Shown: piece by piece, positions 34,986 to 43,992 of the stretch
How the letters are laid out: the number at the start of each line of letters is the position of its first letter
Position numbering within the stretch: the first letter of the stretch is position 1
IMG/VR virus record: IMGVR_UViG_3300046170_000502
Coordinates: 32,001 to 96,000 of that record
Strand: one strand, 5' to 3'
Source: a virus
Length of the DNA stretch: 64,000 nt
Position numbers and translations under genes: made by a program
Notes under the pieces: generated by a model
Database searches by the model: none
Seen by the model: only the letters and a program-made list of their open reading frames with translations
Told to the model about the DNA's origin: nothing

Positions 34986-37544
34986 TTACTTTACTTCAGA
35001 CATTTTCATATATATTTTTTCATCCATAACCCTTATGGAATCCAGAAAAATAATATCCTCAGCCTTTCTTCCGTAAGCGACGACAATATTTTTCTTAGAG
35101 GGTGCTTTTTTATTTTGTTGAAAATATCTGTCATAAAAATTACCCCTTCTTGAGTTTAACAACATTGCACTGTATCTTCCGTTTTCGTCTGCGATTTGAA
35201 GTTTAATATATTTATTTCCGTTTCGAGAGGTTGCTTTTAGCGAATCTTCTATTACTCCTATAAACTTACCTTTTTCGTCCAAGTCCATTAATTCTAAGTC
35301 TGTCGAGTCCTTTAAATCTTTATACAAGTCTATGAAGCAACTTTTTAATTTCGAGCTATGACTATATCCTAGTAGTTCATTTTCAAAATACCAATTCGCA
35401 AAAGTTTCGTATTTTTTATTTTTATCATAAATTGACTTGTACAAGTCATATTTCTTCTTGAATGTCTTGAACCTTGACTCCTTCATTAGTGGTTTTCCAT
35501 CATCTCCTACCATAGACTGATTTTTTGCATCAGAAATACAGTTTAATAATTTATATTCATATTCTTCTCCAAGAAAGATAAAGTTTCTCTTTTCCCTTTC
35601 TGTTAGCAGGTTAAAAGCCTGCGCTTCGAGCGCCATAAGCGACCTATTTGAACCTTTGCTTTCTAGTGCGCCAGCTTGAATCAAAGAGGAAAGAACTCCT
35701 ATGTTAAGACCAGCCTGTTTTGCGGCCAAGAAGATGTCGTATTTTGTTGGGGTATCACTAGATCTAAAGTCCCTCAGTGATTCCAAAGATTTTTCGCTAA
35801 CCCCTTTTATGCTGTTTAAGCCAAAGCGGATGTTTTTTCCCTCTATCGAGAAGTCCATTTTTGATTTTGCTAAATCTGGAGATAGTAGCTTTATTCCGAA
35901 ATTAGCCAGCTCTTTTGACACGGAGGAAATTTCTTCCTGCGGGGCAGGCTCATATTTAGTCATCCTTAATAAAGAAAGGAAAAACTGCTGTGGGTGATTG
36001 AACTTAAGATAAGACGTCCACGCCGCTAATGTTGCATAAGCTAGTGAGTGTGATTTATTAAAAGAATAATTCGCACTGTCCTCCGCTACGCTCCATAAAA
36101 TATCTCCGACTTCCGTAGGAAGATCATTATCAATAATCTTCTGTTGAATCTTTGCTTGCCAAGCAGGCATCTGATCCACTTTTTTCTTCCCGACAATCCT
36201 CCTTAGTTGCTCCGATTCATCTAAAGTAAAACCAACTTTTACCGCCATTTGCATAAGTTGCTCTTGGTACAAAGGAATTCCTCCTGTATAGTCTAAAACG
36301 TCCCTGAAGAATTCATGAATTACTTGAGGCTCTTTTGTCTGCGAATAAGTGGCGTAATCACCCAAAAAATCTAGTGCCCCTGGCCTGCCAATAGCGATAA
36401 CCGCACTAAGCTCCTCAAGATCTTTCGGCTTAATCTTTTTGCAAACTCTGAAATTAGTGTCAGATTCGAGCTGGAATAATCCATGGGGCGAACGCAACGA
36501 CTGAAGTGGCTTGAATATACTTCCATTACTTAAGTCGAGGTCCGATATATCCTCATTAATGTTTTTACATACATCATAAATAACACTCAACGTTCTTAAT
36601 CCAAGGATATCAAACTTCACCATCAATTCTGAGACCCAATTCATATCATAGCCAGTTACTAATGCTCCGTCATTTGTTTTTTGAACGGGGCAAATATCAG
36701 TAATTTTTTGAAAAGAAATAGCTATTCCACTTGGGTGAACTCCTGTATTTTTATTTAAACCTTCAATCTTTAAGGCTATCTCAAAAACATCTGGATGTTC
36801 TGCGGCCCAATCCGCAAATTTTTCGCTTTCTACAATAGCAGTCGAGATGGGAACGACAACTCCAAACTTTTTTGGAATAGTTGAACTTACTAGATTTACG
36901 TCCTGTTCGGAAAGATCGCCTACGATTTTCCCGCATTCTTTTACGCATAATTTTCCACTCAGGGTATTTAATGTTAAAATTTTTGCAGTTCTAGAGGGGT
37001 GTTTTCTTTCGATATATTCAATAACCTCGATTCTTCTTTCGTAAGCGATATCATTATCTACATCAGCCAGAAGGCTTCCGTCGAGATAGGTTATTCCACC
37101 TTTTTCTATCTTTTTCGCTCTACTCTTAGATACAAACCTCTCAAAAAACAAATTATATTTAACAGGGTCTACATTTGTGACCCCGATTAAATAAAGAACC
37201 AGCGACCCTGCTGCAGACCCTCTACCTGGACCTGTTGGGATATCATTTTCATGGCAAAAATTAATAATGTCCCAATTCAAAAGAATATAATCAATGAAAC
37301 CTAGTTCATTTAATATTTTTAATTCTGATTTTGCACGATCAAAATAATCTTTTTTATTTTTAAATTTATCTATTCCTTTATCCTTCACCCCTTTGTGACA
37401 TAACTTACGAAGGAAGTCGTAATTAGATATAGTGTTATCTGCTTCAAGCACATCGTAATACTTTTGCTCGATTTCAATCTCAGGAAGTCTAACTCCTGGA
37501 GGGCAGCACTCTTTGTATTCTGTAAATTGATCTGTAAAACTCAT
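34986..37544 (-). CDS. dnaE: DNA polymerase III alpha catalytic core lacking the PHP domain (start probably 37544)
   Basis: GPGRGSAAGSLV, FERF, ADVDND, HPSG, VKFDILGL, YSFNKSHS, IRFGL..IKG; C-terminal OB fold. Confidence 0.93.
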   Translation of the reverse strand: MSFTDQFTEYKECCPPGVRLPEIEIEQKYYDVLEADNTISNYDFLRKLCHKGVKDKGIDKFKNKKDYFDRAKSELKILNELGFIDYILLNWDIINFCHENDIPTGPGRGSAAGSLVLYLIGVTNVDPVKYNLFFERFVSKSRAKKIEKGGITYLDGSLLADVDNDIAYERRIEVIEYIERKHPSRTAKILTLNTLSGKLCVKECGKIVGDLSEQDVNLVSSTIPKKFGVVVPISTAIVESEKFADWAAEHPDVFEIALKIEGLNKNTGVHPSGIAISFQKITDICPVQKTNDGALVTGYDMNWVSELMVKFDILGLRTLSVIYDVCKNINEDISDLDLSNGSIFKPLQSLRSPHGLFQLESDTNFRVCKKIKPKDLEELSAVIAIGRPGALDFLGDYATYSQTKEPQVIHEFFRDVLDYTGGIPLYQEQLMQMAVKVGFTLDESEQLRRIVGKKKVDQMPAWQAKIQQKIIDNDLPTEVGDILWSVAEDSANYSFNKSHSLAYATLAAWTSYLKFNHPQQFFLSLLRMTKYEPAPQEEISSVSKELANFGIKLLSPDLAKSKMDFSIEGKNIRFGLNSIKGVSEKSLESLRDFRSSDTPTKYDIFLAAKQAGLNIGVLSSLIQAGALESKGSNRSLMALEAQAFNLLTEREKRNFIFLGEEYEYKLLNCISDAKNQSMVGDDGKPLMKESRFKTFKKKYDLYKSIYDKNKKYETFANWYFENELLGYSHSSKLKSCFIDLYKDLKDSTDLELMDLDEKGKFIGVIEDSLKATSRNGNKYIKLQIADENGRYSAMLLNSRRGNFYDRYFQQNKKAPSKKNIVVAYGRKAEDIIFLDSIRVMDEKIYMKMSEVK

Positions 37545-38188
37545 ATTTCTATTTCCCATAGCATTTTCTTGAAAACTTCATAATTAACCTTTATATCGTA
37601 TAATGCATCATGCAGTTTAGTTGCGTCAAAAGGAACATCAAAGTCCTTGCAACACTGCTTGAGATTGCAAGATAGACCCCGTTCAATCAAATGATTTAAT
37701 CTATATTGCCAGGCCAGGAAATTATCTTCCTTGTTTATTTTAATTCTTTTCTTTAGTGCTTTGGCCAGGCAAAGTGTGTCGACTAATTTCTCTGAATAAC
37801 TAAAGTCCGACTCAGCTTTAGGGTTAATTAGTTTTCTATGCAGGTTATGCATGTAAACATCAAATCCTAATAAATTGTGCCCAACCTTAATGTAAGTATC
37901 ATCATACAAATATTTCTCAAAATGATCTAGTGCTCCTTTTGGGTCTACTGCGTTTTTTTTGTATTTGGCCTGAGTAAATCCTGTAATTTTTGCAGCTTCT
38001 GGAGACACCTTAAGGTCGTCCCATTTTAACCAATAATCTTTTTCTTCGACAATTTTATCCCCTTCTATGACGAGGAATGCTAATTGCCATGGTTTATTTT
38101 CTCCAGAAATTAAATTAAGATTGCAGGTCTCATAATCAAAAAGTAAATATTTTTGTTTGTTTTTAAATCTAAGTAATGTTTCTTTCAT
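37541..38188 (-). CDS. dnaQ: DEDDh 3'-5' exonuclease (DnaQ/epsilon-like)
   Basis: FDYET, GHNLLGFD, HDALYD motifs. Confidence 0.88.
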   Translation of the reverse strand: MKETLLRFKNKQKYLLFDYETCNLNLISGENKPWQLAFLVIEGDKIVEEKDYWLKWDDLKVSPEAAKITGFTQAKYKKNAVDPKGALDHFEKYLYDDTYIKVGHNLLGFDVYMHNLHRKLINPKAESDFSYSEKLVDTLCLAKALKKRIKINKEDNFLAWQYRLNHLIERGLSCNLKQCCKDFDVPFDATKLHDALYDIKVNYEVFKKMLWEIEI

Positions 38189-38200
38189 TTATTTATTTAT

Positions 38201-38959
38201 TTATTTATTTTCTTTCCAGCTTTCGAAACTAAATTCGCTACTACCGAAATGATCTAGGTTAGGTTTTGATAAGGTTTTATTACCGAAGCTGCGACTAGTA
38301 ATACATTTATATGTTTGTAGCGCGGATACATCATTCCTACTTTTGTAATAAATACTTTTTACGGATTCTACATTAGATTCATTCTCTTCTGCATATTTTA
38401 TAACCCTGGATCTTAATAGCAAGTCGAAGGGTAGGTTATTATTTTCTAGAAAAAATGTAGGCTTGGCAAACGAAAAATTAGGTGTGCAATTGCTGAATTT
38501 CATAGTATTATTGAATATAAACGAGTCGTAAAAAGGTATTGCTAGCGAAAGGTTCTTGTTGCTCCAGTGTTTTTTTAGTATTTTTTGATCTACCGCATTG
38601 AATGATTCAGAAAAAGCTTCGCTAGATATCGCATTAAGTAATGCGCAACCTTTTGAGTTTTTGGCGAAAATAACAATCTTATGCCTTGAACTATTAGATT
38701 CTTCTTTTGGATTAATCCTTGCATTTTCGCACATATCTAATCTCAAGCCAAAAATTAATTTTACTCCCATAGAATCCGAGACTTTTTTGGCTTGAAGGAA
38801 GCCTGTTAACGAATCTTCTACGAGAATGACTTCTTTAAGATTACTTTCTTTGACTATCGAAAAAACGCTATCAGATTTACCTTCTTTTTGTGACGAAGGA
38901 TCGTCCAGCGTTAGTATGCTTTTTCCTATTGAAAAATGACTTTTAAATAATGGTAACAT
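38201..38959 (-). CDS. stand-alone PHP domain of DnaE
   Basis: KSHFSIGKS, EDSLTG, KLIFG, HKIVIFAKN..G...L echo the DnaE N-terminus; TTGACA-N17-TAAAAT promoter 6 nt from ATG. Confidence 0.8.
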   Translation of the reverse strand: MLPLFKSHFSIGKSILTLDDPSSQKEGKSDSVFSIVKESNLKEVILVEDSLTGFLQAKKVSDSMGVKLIFGLRLDMCENARINPKEESNSSRHKIVIFAKNSKGCALLNAISSEAFSESFNAVDQKILKKHWSNKNLSLAIPFYDSFIFNNTMKFSNCTPNFSFAKPTFFLENNNLPFDLLLRSRVIKYAEENESNVESVKSIYYKSRNDVSALQTYKCITSRSFGNKTLSKPNLDHFGSSEFSFESWKENK

Positions 38960-39004
38960 GCGTATATTTTAGCATAAATAAATTACAATGTCAAGCGTAT
39001 AAAC

Positions 39005-39027
39005 AAAAAAGCCGCCCGAGGGCGGCT
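39005..39027 (-). terminator. intrinsic terminator after nrdB
   Basis: AGCCGCC-CGAG-GGCGGCT with an A-run on + (T-run on -). Confidence 0.85.
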
Positions 39028-39048
39028 GGCCATAACTAATAACCAAAA

Positions 39049-40062
39049 TCAAAAATCGTCGTCAAGCGAGCCGCTTTGTTGGTACTCCCGAACCCTTCTC
39101 TCGAAAAAGTTGCCCATTGCTTGAACATCTACAACTTCACCCAACCAAGGGAAGGGGTTTTTGTCACTCGGAAACCTATAGTCTAACCCTATAGCTTCTA
39201 GTCTCCTATTACCTATGTAATGCATATAGTCAACAAACATATCCGCATTAAGCCCTAAAATTCCTGTAGGTAAAACGTCGTGAGCATAAGCAATTTCAAG
39301 TTCTACTGCTTTTTTCATATGCTCTACAAATTCATCTTGCATTTTCTTGGTCCAAATAGAGGGCTCTTGTTCGATGATTGTATTAATAATATAAGTTCCG
39401 AAAGCTATATGTGAGCTCTCATCCCTCAATGTATACTTTATTTGGTCAGATATCCCTTGAAGTTTATTTTGCCTACCTAAGGCTAAGAGCATAGCGAACC
39501 CGCTAAAGAAAAAAGTACCTTCGCAAACAATCCAGTATGTTAAAAAATTTCTAAGTATTTCTTGTTTCCCTTCTTTTGTGTTTGCATTAAAATCTTGAGC
39601 GCTAATATCATTCGTAATCTGCATTAAGAAGTCGTCTTTAGCTTTGATACTTGGGATCGTTTCGTATGCAGCGAATACCTCTTCTATATCAAGGTCAAGG
39701 CTATCACAAATATAAACTACCGTAAGGTTGTGAAGGCTTTCTTCAAACGCTTGCCGCAGGATATACTGACGACATTCAGCATCCGTAACATAGCGAAAGG
39801 CAGATAACAAAAGATTATTACCAACCAAAGACTCAGATCCAGCAAAAAACCCAAGGCAGCGTTTAACAAGTAATTTTTCATCTTCTGTAATTTCATTATT
39901 TTTCCATTGTTTAATGTCGTTCTGCATGCTGATTTCTGTTGGCATCCAGTTATTTGCGCAACTTTTTAAAAATAAATCCCATGCGTATTTATGTTTATGT
40001 GGTAAAATTCTATTTACCCCCGCTATATCTTTAGTTAGTAATTTTCCTGTTTTATCTTCCAT
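39049..40062 (-). CDS. nrdB: ribonucleotide reductase R2 subunit, class Ic-like
   Basis: SESLVGNN, QAFEESLH, CEGTFF.SGF, RDESSH, NFFERRV.EY. Confidence 0.93.
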   Translation of the reverse strand: MEDKTGKLLTKDIAGVNRILPHKHKYAWDLFLKSCANNWMPTEISMQNDIKQWKNNEITEDEKLLVKRCLGFFAGSESLVGNNLLLSAFRYVTDAECRQYILRQAFEESLHNLTVVYICDSLDLDIEEVFAAYETIPSIKAKDDFLMQITNDISAQDFNANTKEGKQEILRNFLTYWIVCEGTFFFSGFAMLLALGRQNKLQGISDQIKYTLRDESSHIAFGTYIINTIIEQEPSIWTKKMQDEFVEHMKKAVELEIAYAHDVLPTGILGLNADMFVDYMHYIGNRRLEAIGLDYRFPSDKNPFPWLGEVVDVQAMGNFFERRVREYQQSGSLDDDF

Positions 40063-40113
40063 GTTTATAGTATATCATTATAATATAACGAAGTCAATGT
40101 TAAAAAAGATCAG

Positions 40114-42573
40114 TTATTGACAACTTTCGCAAGTTTCTCCATTTTTCATAGCTTCAATACTGCATGCAGAGGCTTCCGTTTCGTTTTCTGAATCTCCTGT
40201 AGATTTTTCAACTTTTGATGCTGCCCTATTTCTTAAGTAATAAGTTGTTTTTAATCCAGCTTCCCAGCAAGCCATATACATATCGTTTAAATATTTTAAA
40301 GACGTTCCTTTATTGTATAAATTAAAACTTATAGCCTGATCAATCCATTTTTGCCTGACCGAATTGCATTCTATTAATTTAAACATATCTCTATCAAAAG
40401 CTGTTTTGTATTTTAATTTTATCCACTCGGGCACCTCACCATTTAATACTGATAAATCTCCATCAGCATCTTTAATTAATTTTGAGTTGTTTGGGTTCCA
40501 CAGCCCTTCTTTTTTCATATCATTTATAAAGTGTTGGTTGGTGATATAAAAATTACCGCTTTTGTTCTCATAAACAAAAAGAACAGAAAAATTAGGCTCA
40601 ATACTTTGCTCTACTCCATTAATATAACCTATCGTTGCAGTAGGAGCGATAGCCATGACATTTGAGTTTCTCATTCCAAATTCACCAACGTGAGTCCTGA
40701 TTTTTTCCCACTCATCAAAAGTTTGACCTTTGCCAGTAAGAGGCTTACCTGTAACGGACTGTTTAGGAGCTTTTTGTTTGCCCCTGTAAGCCATTAAGTT
40801 GTTGTAAGAATCAATTGGGAATACACCTTTGCTCCAGAGTGACCCTTCGTAAGTTTCGTATTGACCTCGCTCCGCAGCTAGTAATGAACTAGCATAAATT
40901 GCGTGCATAGAGTAAAACTCAAATAATTTATCATTAAACTTTGCAGCTTCGTCGCTATCTATATTTATATTAACTTTATGAAGAATATCGTGAAGAGCCA
41001 TCATGCCTAGACCAATAGGGCGATGTCTTAAATTACTGTTTTCCGCCTCTTTTGTGGGGTAAAAATTAAGATCTATAACGTTGTCTAGCGCTCTGATTGC
41101 TGTATGAATTGTTCGCTCTAATTTTACATAATCAAGATCGGTTTCATCTTCATTTATGTGGTTTAACAAGTTAACTGATCCAAGGTTACATACTGCGGTT
41201 TCTCCAATTTCTGTTTTATAACCCTTGTTGTATTTTGAAGCTTTTGTGTGAAGGGTAATTTCTGTGCATAAATTACTGCTATGTACAACCCCTTCGTGCT
41301 GGTTTGTATAGCGCATGTTACATGGGTCTTTAAATGTAGCCCATGGATGAGAAGTTTCAAACAAAACTTTTAACATTTTTTTCCATAACTCTTTTGCGGG
41401 AGTTATTCTATAGTTTTTAATTAACCCTTCCTCTGCTTGGCTACAAAGCTCATTATATTTTTCGTCGAACTCAACCCCAAAACAATCGTGTAAATCAGCT
41501 TCTGTTGGGTCAAAGAAGTACCAAACATCTTCGTTTTGTACTCTTCTCATGAATTCATCAGGAATCCAAGATGCCGTGTTCATATCGTGGCACCGTAACC
41601 TGTCGTCTCCAGTGTTTCTCCGAAGGTTTAAAAAGTCTTCAAAGTCTAAATGCCAAGGCTCTAAATACGCACAGCCTGCGCCTGGTCGTTTTCCTCCTTG
41701 ATTGACTGCAACAAGCAAGTCGTTGTAAATTTTTAACCAAGGAATTAAACCTCCAGAAATTCCATTTGTTCCCTTTATGTGAGAACCTGCAGATCTAAAT
41801 GGGGTTACATCAAAGCCAAGGCCTCCGGCATACTTGCTTTTTCTAGCTTCCTGCCAAGCTCCATCAAAAATTCCATCAATACTGTCGTCAAAAGTGTTTA
41901 AATAGCAAGAGCTTAATTGAGAATGTGTTGTTCCGCTATTAAATAAAGTCGGGGTAGAAGATGTATACAAAAACTGACTAAACATATCATAAAACTTAAT
42001 AGCCCACTCTTCTTTATTTTCTTCGTTAATTGCCAAACCCATCGCGACTCTCATCCAAAAGCATTGTGGGGCTTCCATTATTTTATCTTCATGTCTAATG
42101 AAATATCTATCGGTTAAAATTTGAATGCCTAAATATTTAAAAGATTGATCTCTCCTTATCTTTAAAGCTTCAGATAATTTATTAAGATCAAATTCAAGCA
42201 TTTTAGAGTTAAGCTTTTCTAGCTTTACTAATTTTTTTACATTTTGTATAAAGCTTTTTCTATATTGAAGCTTGAACGTGTCTGAATCGACCCCCTCTTT
42301 AAAGACTTCTTTATATACGGTATTCAAAAGCAATCTTGCAGCAACAAAGCTGTAGTTCGGTTCTTTTTCTATTTTTTCTCTAGCAGAAAGGATTAAAGCT
42401 GTATCTATTTCGCTAGTCGTTATCTTGTCGAATAGTTGGAGTTGTGCATCTAGTAAAACCTCACTGACTGAGGCGTCTTCGATTCCCTCACATGCTCGTT
42501 CTACATTTGCGTTTATTTTTTCTACCAAAAAAGGTTGGAGTCTACCGTTTCGTTTTTTTACGTTGATATTCAT
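40114..42573 (-). CDS. nrdA: ribonucleotide reductase R1 subunit with ATP cone
   Basis: VKKRNG ATP cone, STPTLFNSG, LSSCYL, SSNLCTEI, VCNLGS, IAPTA, LKTTYYLR, C-terminal CxxC. Confidence 0.95.
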   Translation of the reverse strand: MNINVKKRNGRLQPFLVEKINANVERACEGIEDASVSEVLLDAQLQLFDKITTSEIDTALILSAREKIEKEPNYSFVAARLLLNTVYKEVFKEGVDSDTFKLQYRKSFIQNVKKLVKLEKLNSKMLEFDLNKLSEALKIRRDQSFKYLGIQILTDRYFIRHEDKIMEAPQCFWMRVAMGLAINEENKEEWAIKFYDMFSQFLYTSSTPTLFNSGTTHSQLSSCYLNTFDDSIDGIFDGAWQEARKSKYAGGLGFDVTPFRSAGSHIKGTNGISGGLIPWLKIYNDLLVAVNQGGKRPGAGCAYLEPWHLDFEDFLNLRRNTGDDRLRCHDMNTASWIPDEFMRRVQNEDVWYFFDPTEADLHDCFGVEFDEKYNELCSQAEEGLIKNYRITPAKELWKKMLKVLFETSHPWATFKDPCNMRYTNQHEGVVHSSNLCTEITLHTKASKYNKGYKTEIGETAVCNLGSVNLLNHINEDETDLDYVKLERTIHTAIRALDNVIDLNFYPTKEAENSNLRHRPIGLGMMALHDILHKVNINIDSDEAAKFNDKLFEFYSMHAIYASSLLAAERGQYETYEGSLWSKGVFPIDSYNNLMAYRGKQKAPKQSVTGKPLTGKGQTFDEWEKIRTHVGEFGMRNSNVMAIAPTATIGYINGVEQSIEPNFSVLFVYENKSGNFYITNQHFINDMKKEGLWNPNNSKLIKDADGDLSVLNGEVPEWIKLKYKTAFDRDMFKLIECNSVRQKWIDQAISFNLYNKGTSLKYLNDMYMACWEAGLKTTYYLRNRAASKVEKSTGDSENETEASACSIEAMKNGETCESCQ

Positions 42574-42677
42574 ATTGATGTTATTATAATAGCATTTTAT
42601 TGACCAAGTGTCAACGCAAAACCTCTTATGTCAATAACTTTTACTTAGCTCAAGAGAACTAGGTTACACCTATAATT

Positions 42678-43976
42678 TTAAGACAGTATGTCGAAAAGGG
42701 GAGTTCCTTTGTTCGCTACAGTAAAAGGTCTTCCAGATGGGGAATATTGTACATCATTCAACTTTAAACCCAATAAGTAGCCTATTGTTGCATTTAAATC
42801 CTCGGGCTTAATTGGCTTTCCCTCTTTAGGAGATCTACCTTGGTCGTCTGCCTCTCCGTAAGAAAAGCCTCCTTTAACCCCTCCTCCAGCCATAAATGCG
42901 GTAAAGCAATATGGCCAATGATCTCTTCCGTCTCTACCATTGATATTAGGAGTTCTCCCAAATTCAGAAGTTAATACGACCAAAGTTTCATTTAATAAAC
43001 CTCTCATTTCAAGGTCGATCAATAAAGCGCTCAAGGCTCCATCTATATCCGCACAATTTTCACCAACCCTATCGAAGTTATTATCATGGGTATCCCATCC
43101 ACCCCTGGTCACTTCTACATACCTCACTCCGTTTTCAACTAATCTTCTTGCGAGTAAGCACCCCTGTCCGAAATTCGAAGCGCCGTATTGTTTGTGTATA
43201 TTTTCTGGTTCTTTAGATATATCAAAAGCTTTTAAGTCTTGACTATTCATTAGCTTAATTGCGTCTTTGTATAAATCTGAATATGCTCTTATTTGTTTCT
43301 GAGGGAATTCTGTAGAGAAGTTTGTGTTCAACTTTTCTATCAAAGATATTCTTCCTTGAAAATGCTCTTTATCTAGATATCCCGCTAGTTTACTATTTGC
43401 AAGTCCTGACTTTGGGTTATTTATGGATAGTGGACCATATTTTGACTCAAGAAATCCAGCTCCCAGCCCTCCGCCACCAATTTTAATATTAGATGGAATT
43501 GTTTCGTTGATTGCTCCAGACAATTTAGATACCCAACTCCCAAAAGTGGGGTGAACTATAGTACCCCTTTTTAAGTAGCTCGTATGCATTAGGTAGCTAG
43601 CTTGCTCATGCGCTCCTTGGCTCGTTACCATTGTCTTGATTATTGATGCCTGATGCATTAATTGTGCAGTTTTAGGTAAATGCTCAGAAAGTAATATTCC
43701 GTCGGCGCTGGTAGCGATAGATTTAGTTGGCCCTTGAATATCAGGGCAATCAGGTTTAGTTCCAAAAGTATCTAAATGAGACATAGCTCCTGCCATGTTG
43801 AGATAAATCACATGCCTTGCAGAAGCTAATCTAGCCCCCACTTCAAGAGCTTGAGCATTGTTATGTATATAGGCTCCAGCCATAGGCATCAACCCAACGC
43901 CAAAACACGCCTTTGCCGCGTGTGCGATAAATTCTCTTCTTCCTAATTCATCTATATTATTAAAATTTGTTTTCAT
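42678..43976 (-). CDS. DUF1501-like protein with Tat signal
   Basis: GRREFI twin-arginine, GAMSHLDTF, FGQGCLLARRLVE.GVR, GGWDTH, SEFGRTP, RDHWP, GGGVKGG. Confidence 0.85.
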   Translation of the reverse strand: MKTNFNNIDELGRREFIAHAAKACFGVGLMPMAGAYIHNNAQALEVGARLASARHVIYLNMAGAMSHLDTFGTKPDCPDIQGPTKSIATSADGILLSEHLPKTAQLMHQASIIKTMVTSQGAHEQASYLMHTSYLKRGTIVHPTFGSWVSKLSGAINETIPSNIKIGGGGLGAGFLESKYGPLSINNPKSGLANSKLAGYLDKEHFQGRISLIEKLNTNFSTEFPQKQIRAYSDLYKDAIKLMNSQDLKAFDISKEPENIHKQYGASNFGQGCLLARRLVENGVRYVEVTRGGWDTHDNNFDRVGENCADIDGALSALLIDLEMRGLLNETLVVLTSEFGRTPNINGRDGRDHWPYCFTAFMAGGGVKGGFSYGEADDQGRSPKEGKPIKPEDLNATIGYLLGLKLNDVQYSPSGRPFTVANKGTPLFDILS

Positions 43977-43992
43977 ATATTTTTTCCTTTTA

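Noticed and set aside
38186-38210. (TAAA)n microsatellite as a phase-variable switch fusing PHP and exonuclease
   Set aside because: The repeat encodes stops in every frame, so length changes would not create a readthrough fusion; most likely slippage in an AT-rich spacer.
34986-42573. Inteins or group I introns in dnaE/nrdAB
   Set aside because: The proteins are of normal or reduced length, with no intein N-/C-terminal motifs or LAGLIDADG blocks.
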